From Carcharhinus amblyrhynchos (Eukaryota): a stretch of 64,000 bases of DNA. Below are positions 52,897-62,418 of this stretch, piece after piece. The position numbers and the translations under genes were made by a program. The stretch lies in assembly GCA_965287045.1 (NCBI GenBank), contig OZ336884.1, forward strand, positions 46,128,001 through 46,192,000, written 5' to 3'. The notes beneath the pieces are model-generated. The model did no database searches and had not been told where the DNA came from. It was given only the letters and a program-made list of their open reading frames with translations. Position 1 is the stretch's first letter; every line of letters starts with the position of its first letter.

Positions 52897-53099
52897 TCTA
52901 TTATCAAATAAATCGGTTGGACTAAAACCTGGTGTTGTCAGACTTTTTACTGTGTTTACGCCAGTCCAACGCCGGCATACCCACATCAAAAGTTGCTGGC
53001 CAGGCAACAACGCTCATATCCCATGAATTGATAATAAAAAAGAAACAGTTGCAGGCCTCAAATCACTCAATTTCACACAGCATTGGGTATCACAGCAAA

Positions 53100-53332
53100 C
53101 ACAGTAAGAAGTCTCTCAAAACTAGGTTAAAGTCGAATAGATTTATTTGGTAGCAAAATCCACTAGCTTTCAGAGTGCTGCTCCTTCATCAGGTAAGTAG
53201 GAGTCACCTGATGAATGAGCAGCACTCTGTAAGCTAGTGGATTTTGCTACCAAATAAACCTGTTGGACTTTCACCTGGTGTTGAGAGAATTCTTGCTATG
53301 TTTACCCCAGTCCAACGCTATCATCTCCACAT
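53100..53332. mobile_element. Second, shorter palindromic Penelope-derived insert with 12-bp TSD
   Basis: ~95-bp imperfect inverted arms centred near 53200; related 3' tail 'tttaccccagtccaacgc...catctccacat'; TSD TATCACAGCAAA at 53088-53099 and 53333-53344. Confidence 0.88.
53160..53197 (-). ncRNA. Minimal hammerhead ribozyme motif (core intact)
   Basis: Minus strand reads UAC-CUGAUGA-A-GGAG-CAGCA-CUCU-GAA-AGCU-A-GUG; the plus-arm partner (53205-53240) has GAAA changed to GUAA. Confidence 0.62.
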
Positions 53333-56300
53333 TATCACAGCAAAGCCAGTCTGTGAGCAGGTCACAATATTTTTGTACACAATGGGCAAGTGACAGCCGA
53401 GTTACCCTGACGATTAACAAAGGTAAAGCCACATCTGCCAAAATCCCGTGAGACGTATTTCAATCTCTACAAGTACGCCATCGCTGAATGTGTGAAGTTC
53501 CCCAGATACATAGTGATAGCATTGACACGGTTATTAAATGATTCATACCAATTAGCAGAAGACTGAGTACAGTAATCTGAAAGACAATCTAATTTGCAAC
53601 GGAATAATTGTTGAAATAATGGCCGATGTATTATCAGATAATCTGCAATTCTGGAAAGATTTGATGTTGGTGAAGGTAATCCAATTATGTAGGTATGTCC
53701 AAAGAATTAAGTGGTTTTCTTGAGCTTTGAAGTATTTTTTGAGTAGTAATAACATTGGGTGATGAATGTACGCTGTAAATAACAAGTTCTTAAGTTTGAT
53801 TTCAACACCTCAGATTTCAGAACTTTTAAGGGTACAGTTTTGATTTTTAGGAGCAACAATAATGCCCAGCCGTCAAAACAAGTACCCAACTTTGATCAAC
53901 AATTAATCTTGATGTCTACCAAATGAGCATAGTTCTGCTGGCCAAACACTTCTATTAGGCCAGACATTTACCATGTTGTTCATAACATGGGATAATATAG
54001 GGTGATGTATTTCACTGATTGATGGGACATGCAAACTTAATTGCACTGTATGTGATCTCTTGCTCAAATCTTCAGCAGTGTGTGAACCCAATATAAAATG
54101 GATGGAGCAAAGGTACCTGCATTTAACTACGATGCTTCATTGAAAAGCTGATAATTCAAATGCATGATTTGAAATTCTAAATGCTAAGTGTATTATTCCA
54201 CAGTTCTTGGATGTAAAAGCTAAACTTTAAACAACATCCAAATAAACATGCATAAAAATTTCTTTATTCAAAAACTTTCTAGAAAGGTCTTGCATTTTAT
54301 TTGTGAATAATTGATTTTGGGAGAAGTTGGGGGATGGCAGGCAAATGCTATCTGATCCTAAATTAGAAGGAAACAACTATTTCAAACATCAGGCCCCAAT
54401 ACCTAGATTGCTGAGAAAAAACAGTTCCCATTAAAACTACTTGAATAGGGGGAAACAATGGCGTAATGGTAATCTAGAGGGTTAGGTCAATGTTCTGGGG
54501 GCTAAGATTCAAATCACACATGACAACTTATGGAATTCAAATTGAAGTAACCATTAAATCTGGAACTGAAAGCTATTTTCAGTGAAAGTTATCATGAAAC
54601 TACCACTGATGTTCTGAAAATCCCTTTGGTTTCTTGCTGTCCATTAGGGAATGAAATATGCCATCTTTATTTTGCCCGGCCTACATGACTCCAGCCCCAC
54701 AGCAATGTGGTTGACTTTTAACTGCCCTCTGAAATTGCCTGGCACGCCATTCAGTTCAAGAACAATTCAGGATGTGCAGCAACTGTTGGTCTTGCTACTG
54801 ACACCCACATCCCATGAAAGGACAGAACAAAAAAAACTTTGTGATTGTAGGGTTTTAAATATAGAAAACTGGATTTCTGCTCAATTATAAAACTTCCTCT
54901 TTCAGTATGCCAACATTGTCAAATTAAGGCTCTTCATGGCTTTGATATTTGCGTCCTAGCAAATATGCTAGGAAATTCTACAAACACAGTTTTATTATTT
55001 CAAATGGGATTAAATTAGGATGTGTGTTATTTTTAGTGCGGGGCTGGTTTATTACACTGCAAAAAGTATGACAAAAATAGTGAAAGACTTAAAAGTTTGA
55101 ACCACTTCAACTCAATTTCTCTCCCTACGCACATTTAACATCACAGTACATTCCCCCATACAATTCTATTTACCATTCCCGCCACATTCTCTGTTCCCTC
55201 CAGTTCAATTTCCACAATAATCCTCATACATGGGCACAAGATGTATTCTAGCAAGTGTTTGACCTACTTTGACTCACTTAAACATGGCAACCCTCTGTCT
55301 CAGGCACAAAAGAACAACCTTTAAAATCAATTGGATTGACACACTCTCAGGTAGATGTCATTGGCCCAAATAATATTTTGTATTCACAGTTCTGTTATTC
55401 CAAGTAGCTATTAATGAGTTTTCTGTTAATCATTTGTCCAAATGCTTCCCAGTATTGCACCAATGATTTCCCAACATTTTTTTTAAATAGGTTTCAAAAC
55501 ACATACACAAACCAATTTAATCTCCCATTCAATACTGTTCCAGCAATTGCACATCAGCTTCCAAACTATTTCCTTATCAAGTAAATTGCATTGTACAATA
55601 ATACTAACTGTCAAAATGTATTACAGTAGCTTTACATGCTGTTGTTTACAACCTCCCATTGGAGTTGATGTCTAATGAACTCAACAATTGTTAATTTACT
55701 ATATTAGCAACGTGGCAAAAAGACAGAAGCAGCAGCCACTTGGAAATTGAAACACGGATTTTCCACTCATGATTCGAACAAGTCAAAATCCCTAGCCGCT
55801 TCTTACACTGCCGATAGAAAAAAATCAAATCAATAAAAAAAAAGGGCACCTCAACTGTTGAGGTACTCTGGGGAAACTCAATGCATAGCAATTCTGTGGT
55901 TGGTGAGAAATGTCACGAAGTGCTGCAGGTCTGCATCAGCTAGGAGAAACTTGCCTTATAACACTGAGTATCCCACAGGGGTGCATGTCAACTGTGATCG
56001 AAATAGTTTGCCATTCAACTGTCATTTTGCAAATCCTTCGTATTTCTACAGAAAAAAAAATTAATACTACGCAACAATTCATTTTATTTGACAATAGAAA
56101 AACAGCTTTCATCTTGCTGTGACACGGAATGTGACTTATGTTCAAGCAGGTGAAGCTACAAAACAAATACTGAACAGTTGAAGAAGCACGCAATAGACAG
56201 AGTGAAATGATCCCACAACCAGATCAGTTCAGGTCAAAGCTCTGCCTTCCTGCCACATGTAGTTGTCCAGTTATCAACAGTGATGGACAATTAAACAAGA

Positions 56301-56479
56301 GGAGACGCCAATGAAAAAGAATTAAACAGAATGGGCGGGTGGGAGATGGGGAAGAGAGAATTAGAGTGAGAAAGAATTAGAGCAAGAGAGAATTAGAGAG
56401 ACTGATCAACTCCCTTGAAATTTAATGGGATTATCAAGACTGACTTTTCCAGCATCAACATCCTGGTGGCCAGGAAGAT

Positions 56480-56655
56480 AAAAGCAAAACACTGCAGATG
56501 CTGGAATCTGAAACAAAAACAGAAAATGCTGGAAAATCTCAGCAGGTCTGACAGTATCTGATGAACGTTCATTGAGACTCAAAACATTGGCTTTATTCAC
56601 TCTCCACATATGCTGTCAGACCTGCTGAGGTTTTCCAGCATTTTGTTTTTTTTCC
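56480..56655. mobile_element. Penelope-type inverted repeat of a second family with decayed hammerhead
   Basis: 'aaaatgctggaaaatctcagcaggtctgacagtat' pairs with 'atgctgtcagacctgctgaggttttccagcatttt'; the spacer holds CTGATGA (56558-56564) and 'caaaacatt', read as CpG-decayed 'cgaaacgtt'. Confidence 0.65.
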
Positions 56656-56679
56656 TGGGGGCCTCTACTGGGCAAAACC

Positions 56680-57905
56680 TTAACTAGACCAGCCACATTA
56701 ATATGGTGGCTACAAGACAGGATGAAAGATTATGAATTGTGTTGAGTAACTCATTGCCTGACTTGCCAAACCCTGTTTACCATTTAAAAAGGCACAGTCT
56801 AGAAATATGATCAAATGCACTCCACTTGCAAGTAACTTCATTGCAGTGTTAATGTAAGCCTACTTATGGCTAATAATAAACTTTAACTTTAAAACAAATG
56901 CAACTCACATTCAAGAAGCTGAATGCCAAAGGCATCTGCTTGATTGACACATCATCCACCCCTTTAAACATTCACTCTTTCCACCACTGCCACTAATGGT
57001 TGCAGTGTGCACTAAGTACATCACAGCAATTTACCAATGCTTCTCTGGCAGCATCCTCTAAATTATCCTCTCATAAAAAGCAAAGGCAGCGAACACATGG
57101 GAATTTTACCACCTACATGATTCCTATTAGGTCACACATCCTGAAACATATTGATATTCCGTCACAAAATTCCAGGATTTTGACTTTGCAACTAACATCA
57201 ACCTGGGAGTACCTACATAAGAACATAAGAACATAAGAAATAGGAGCAGGAGTAGGCCATCTAGCCCTTTGAGCCTGCCCCGCCATTCAATAAGATCATG
57301 GCTGATCTGTCGCTGCTCAGTTCCACTTTCCCGCCCTCTCCCCATAACCCTTAATCCCCTCTCTTATCAAAAACCCATCAACCCGCGTCTTAAAAATATT
57401 TAGCGAGGCAGCCTCCACCACTTCAACGGGCAGATAATTCCAGAGATTCACCACCCTTTGAGTGAAGAAGTTCCTCCTCAACTCCGTTCTAAACCGCCCC
57501 CCTTTTATCTTGAGGCTGTGCCCCCTAGTCCTACTGTCTTTTTTGAGCGGGAAGAGTCTCTCCACCTCTATCCTATCCATCCCATTCATCATCTTATACG
57601 TCTCAATGAGATCTCCCCTCATTCTTCTAAACTCTAACGAGTACAAGCCCAGTTTATTCAGCCTCTCCTCATAGCTCAACCCCCTCAACTCTGGTATCAG
57701 CCTAGTAAACCTCCTCTGCACTCCCTCCAAGGCCAAAATATCTTTGCGCAGGTGCGGCGCCCAAAACTGCACACAGTACTCCAGCTGCGGCCTCACCAAT
57801 GCCCTATACAGCTGCAGCTACATTACCTGTCAAGGGTACACTGGCATGGAGAGCAAGTGCTGGTCTTGCCACCAAAGTCTACATCCCATGAATGAATAAA
57901 TGAAA
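56680..57905 (+). mobile_element. Old CR1/L2-superfamily LINE 3' portion hosting two nested insertions
   Basis: Same family as 1-650 and 8430-8648 ('cattcactctttccaccactg', 'acatcccatgaatgaataaa'); interrupted at about 56832-56893 and 57219-57817. Confidence 0.65.
57219..57817 (-). mobile_element. Young 5'-truncated CR1 (HER1-like) LINE
   Basis: ORF 57317-57799, (TTCTTATG)n tail and 6-bp TSD CTACAT (57213-57218 / 57818-57823). Confidence 0.95.
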
Positions 57906-57934
57906 ACACTCATGTTTACTGGCCATAATTCAGT

Positions 57935-58290
57935 TGATACAACTCTCACCACAATCACTAGATTCCATGTTCAAGTCCCATTCCAAAGCTTGAGTACAAA
58001 AATAATCAAGGTCAATTTCCCAGAGCAGTACTGAGAGAATACCACATTCTCAGAAATGCTGCCTTTAGGTTACCTTGAATTGTAGTCACATCTGCCTGCT
58101 CAGGGCGATGCAAGTGACCCCATGGCACTGTTTTGAAGAGCAGCATGGGAGTTATCTCTGGTGTCATAACCAATATTCACTCCTCCCTCAAAATCATAAA
58201 ACGTATCATCGTCACATTGCTCTTTGTTGATGTTCCCTGAGCGCCAATCATCTGTTGCATTTCCTGCACTTCAAAAATACTTCACTGCTA
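57935..58290 (+). mobile_element. Deu-domain SINE (SacSINE1/AmnSINE1-like)
   Basis: B-box 'gttcaagtccc' and Deu-like 'gaccccatggcactgttttgaagagcagcatgggagttatctctggtgtcataaccaatattca'. Confidence 0.7.
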
Positions 58291-58639
58291 GTTCAAACAA
58301 AATTACTGCAGGAGGAAGCTAAACCAGCCAATGGCTTAGAGCGTCTACATGGAAGATTGGCTTTCAAACCACACTTTAGTGAAGGGAGACAAGGAAATAA
58401 CACCTGAATGAAACAAAGACCGAGTGAGGAGCAATTACGTTCATATGGTAAATTAGCACACAGTGGAAAGAGCTTTACTGTAACTCAATGTGTGTAAAGT
58501 ATTAGTCAGATTTATCAATAGTTGTAAGGATCATTCATCATGAAGTTAATCAAGTCAAGGCCAAGTAAAATTAATACAAAAAACTGAGTAGGATAACTGT
58601 ACTCCATTCGTGTTAACTTTAACACATGGCAGGGTAGCT

Positions 58640-60230
58640 TGGTCATGATAAATGCATGCCCTGTGGGGTGGGAGAAGTTGTGGACACTGTGGTGACCTCA
58701 GTGACCACATATGCAGAAAGTGTCACCAGCTGCAGAAACAGGAGCTCTGAGTTCTGAATGCAAGGAGTGGCTGAAGACACTATGACACATCTTCAAGGTG
58801 TGAGCTACATGGACAGCAAATTCAAAGAGGTAGGCACATTGTAGGTTAGGCACATGGAGGCAGAAAAAGAATGGGTGACTGTGAGGCAGTCCAAAAGAAC
58901 CGGCCAATAGTGAAGCACTCCCCCAAGGTCCTACCCACTAATGGCGGCATTGGTTCTTTGGAGGAGTGCAGTCACAGCCAAGTTCCTAGAACCATGAACA
59001 GCTCAGCTGTGCAAGGGAGGGGAGGGGAGTGGGGGGGGGGGGGGGGGGTGGAGGGTGGTGGCCAGAAAAGGAGAAGAACAATAGAATGATAGGGGATTCA
59101 TTATTTAGAGGACCAGAAAAGCAAGTAGTCACTAGATAAGACACTGGGACTGTCTATTGCCTCCCTGGTGCCAGGGTCAATGTTATAAAAAATTCCAGGG
59201 CATTCTTCTGGGGAGACAGAATAGCCAAAGGTCTTGGTCCATATCAGCATCATTGACATAGGTAGGAAGGGGGATGAGGTCCTGAAAGCCAATATCAGGG
59301 AGCTGGGATGAAGAGTGGAAAACAATAATCTCAAGATTACTTCCAATCCCATGTTCTAGTGAGAATAGGAGGTTTGAGTTATTGAACACATTGTTGAAGA
59401 AGTGGTGGAGGAAGGAGGACATCAGATTTCTAAGACATTGGAACTGATAAATGGGGCAGGCGGGCTTGTACAAGATAGATGAGCATCTTAGCAAGAAGAG
59501 AACTAATATCCTTGTAGAGAGTCTATTGGACACAGTTTGAACTCGATTAACAGGGAGGTGGGAACCCAAGAGGGAACTTAGATTTCAGGGAAATAAAACA
59601 AGTAGAAATCAATAAATGATAAAGCAAGCATCAAATATGATTGGAATAGTGAATGTTTTAAAAATAGAATTAAAGGCATTATATAAACACATGTAGCATT
59701 TACAAAAAGGCTGGTGACTTGAATAAACAAGTTGAGATAAATGGTTTTATCTAATGGCTATTACTGAGACATGGTTATAGGGTGACCAATATTGGGAACT
59801 GAATATCCAAGGATATTTGGCATTTAAGAGGGATAGCCAAAATGTAAAAGGGGTAGCATTCTTAATAAGGGACAAGATCAGTGCATGCACAGAGAGGATC
59901 TCAGATCTGGATCAAGATGTTGAATCAGTTTGGGTGGAGCTAAGAAATAGCAAGGGCCACCAAACCATGGTGCTAACATTAGGCATGGTATAAATCAAAA
60001 AGTTGGCGATACATGTAACATGGTTAATACAGTTATGGGTGATTTCATTTATACTTGGACTGGGTTAATCAAATCAGTACTAATGTGCCGGAGAAGGAAT
60101 TCCACCTCAGTTGTTGAGGAACCCATAAAGAATTGGGCTATTTTGGATTTATTGTTGTATATTGGGAAAGAGATAATTAATAACCTTGCTAAAATGGACC
60201 CTTTCAGAAATACTGAGAATATGATAGCTA
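58640..60230 (+). mobile_element. Degenerate 5' half of a CR1 LINE: ORF1 (Zn-finger plus SGNH esterase) and ORF2 AP-endonuclease start
   Basis: By hand: 'DHICRKCHQLQ', 'IGDS', 'CLPGARV', 'VHISIIDIG' (about VHIGTNDIG), 'AITETWL', 'VMGDF', 'AILDLL'. Confidence 0.82.
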
Positions 60231-60359
60231 TTTTGCACAGCTTCTTCAGAAAGCGTAGCATACAGTTCCATGAGGAATTCCACCGTAACACAATAGTGAA
60301 GGTGTTGGAACAGGGGGAAATACAAGCCATGCCCTATCAAAGCACCAGTGTGAATGTTA

Positions 60360-60665
60360 GTGAATGGGTGAGTGGATGAAGAGTGGGTGGGTAGGGCAGA
60401 TTAAGTCAGTAGGCGAGTGGGTAGAGTAGACGAATGGGTGGGGTGGATGAGGTAAGTGGGCAGTGATGACCTAAATGGGTAGGGTGAGGTGGCAAGTGGT
60501 TTGGGCCATATGGTTAGGTACTGAGTAGATAGGTGGGTTGAAGGATAGTCATACTGAGTGCTAGTCAGATTGAGTTGGATCCTTGGATGGTGGAGGCTGT
60601 CAGATCTGGTTGGGAGGGTAGTTGAGTCAGGTAAGGGGTGGTCAATGTGAATGATGGGGAGGAGT
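60360..60665. repeat. G-rich low-complexity tract (GGGT/GGTG-like)
   Basis: Many 'gggtg', 'gtggg' and 'gggtag' units with strong G-over-C skew. Confidence 0.7.
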
Positions 60666-61204
60666 CAGTTTTGTAGATAAGCAGGTTTTGTTTAAATTTT
60701 GTCATGGGATGTGAACATCACAAACCAAGCTAACATCTGTTGCCCATTCCTATCTGCCTTCAAATTGAGTGGTTAATGACAGTTGACAGTAATTTCACAG
60801 TTGCCAGTAAAGGAGCATTTAATTACAATAATTGAATTCAAATTTCATCAGCCACCATGATGGGATTTGGACTCCGTGTCCATAGGACATAAACTGGACC
60901 ATTAGATTATTAGTCCAGTGACATCACTGTCTCCCCCTAGATTAGGATTTTTCTGCTCAACATTTCCTAGGTAACTATCCAGGCAAGTCCTACAGAACTG
61001 TCTGAAATCTCTGACTCTATCTCAAAGTCAGAGGCATTTGTGAAGGAACCCAGGAAGCTGTTAATACTTCCCATGCAACTCCCACGTCAGGGCTTCTGTG
61101 GGGCCCTGATGTGCATCTTGGAATTTTGTATGCCCACTCTCCAACCACTTGTGGACTGGAAGTTGTGGGCCAATATTTCAAACTAAATCAAAATGCTCAT
61201 TTTA

Positions 61205-61490
61205 AAGTTTATTTTTTAGTAGTGTCATAAGTCGGCTTACATTAACATGAAGTTACTGTGAAAATCCCCTAGCCGCCACACTCCGGCACCTTTTCAGGTA
61301 CACCAAGAGAGAATTTAGCATGGCCAATGCACCTAACCAGCATGTCTTTCGGACTGTAGGAGGAAACTAAAGAATCTGGAGGAAACCCACACAAACACAG
61401 GGAGTGTGTGCAGACTCCGCACAGACAGTGACCCAAACTGGGAATCAAACCCAGGTCCCTGGCACTATGAGGCAGCAATGCTAACCATCT
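61205..61490 (-). mobile_element. V-SINE with alternative 3' tail
   Basis: Closely similar to 8650-8948 ('gaagttactgtgaaaatcccctagccgccacactccggcacc'). Confidence 0.88.
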
Positions 61491-62418
61491 GGAGAAGCCA
61501 GGACTTTTTCAATAAAAGTATTCACGTTTTATACTAATGTATCTCCACTTTTGAAGATGTGAAAACCTAACTTCAGAGCAACAGGTGTGACAAATAACTT
61601 CATATAATTTGTCTGTTTAAAGGTGTTCTAGTTTGGGATACTACTTTGCAAGTCTAACTTCAAGAAAACATCTGACAAGTTTTGTTCCCTAACAATGATA
61701 TTTAGGAGGGAGAAAGGAGCAATGTAATTCTATTTACAGTGAATGCTTCTTGTTTGGGATAGCAACCCCACAGTCACATCAGCAAGATTAATGGACTTCA
61801 GGTCAATTACAAGTAGTGAGATCCAAGATGAGAGATCTTAAATTATATCACAATCTACCAAATATTATCAGCCTCAAACTGCTTGCACAGAATATGCTAA
61901 TGTGTTACAACTAAGATACAGATTATTAATATGTCTGCATGCTCTTCAGCTTAAAAAGGCCATAAAGTTGGCAGAATTCCTGCCATTGGCAATATTGTTG
62001 CATTGATGCTACAAGTAGAATAATGAGCCGGCGGTGCCTGAACTACGCACAGGCTAAGTAGAAAATATGGCTAAGATTACTTGCTTGTCAGACTCAACGC
62101 AAGCAGTGAATTTAATAAGTGCTAGAAAACTACTACTTTGTATCAAGTGGAAATAATATGATTTGTGCACTGCTGTATAGCTCCACTCAACCATTAGAAC
62201 CACCAACAGGATATAACTGCACTTGATGATGCTATTCTGTTGACAACTAGAATGAACAAAGAATTAAATTCTACCCATTGGAAATGTACTATTATTACTG
62301 ACTTTTGCTGATTATTCATGTGCTGCTGAAATAGGACCTTCAGAGCTGCATACAGCAGGTGCCATGGCTTAGTGCAGTTGCAATTGGCTATGTTTTTCAG
62401 AGACTGACTTTAGGCCAC

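Larger units (their letters stand above)
52517..52986. mobile_element. Palindromic Penelope-derived insert (inverted pLTRs, 214-bp arms) with 12-bp TSD
   Basis: Arms 52516-52729 and 52737-52950 are near-perfect reverse complements with a 7-nt loop; ~36-nt unpaired 3' tail; TSD CAAAAGTTGCTG at 52505-52516 and 52987-52998. Confidence 0.9.
52245..53040 (+). mobile_element. tRNA-derived shark SINE with LINE-shared tail, interrupted by a palindromic Penelope insert
   Basis: 'ggggacccaggttcaaattctgccac...ggaaaaacccatctggttcactaatgtcctttaaggaagg...gggatgggc[insert]gctggcc...atcccatgaa'; a related older copy lies at about 54450-54830. Confidence 0.75.

Noticed and set aside
56355-56400. Three ~16-bp direct repeats (AGAATTAGAG core) as a CRISPR-like array
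   Set aside because: Too short, purine-rich, no unique spacers, eukaryotic context; a simple tandem duplication, like the ~24-bp duplication near 34795-34845.
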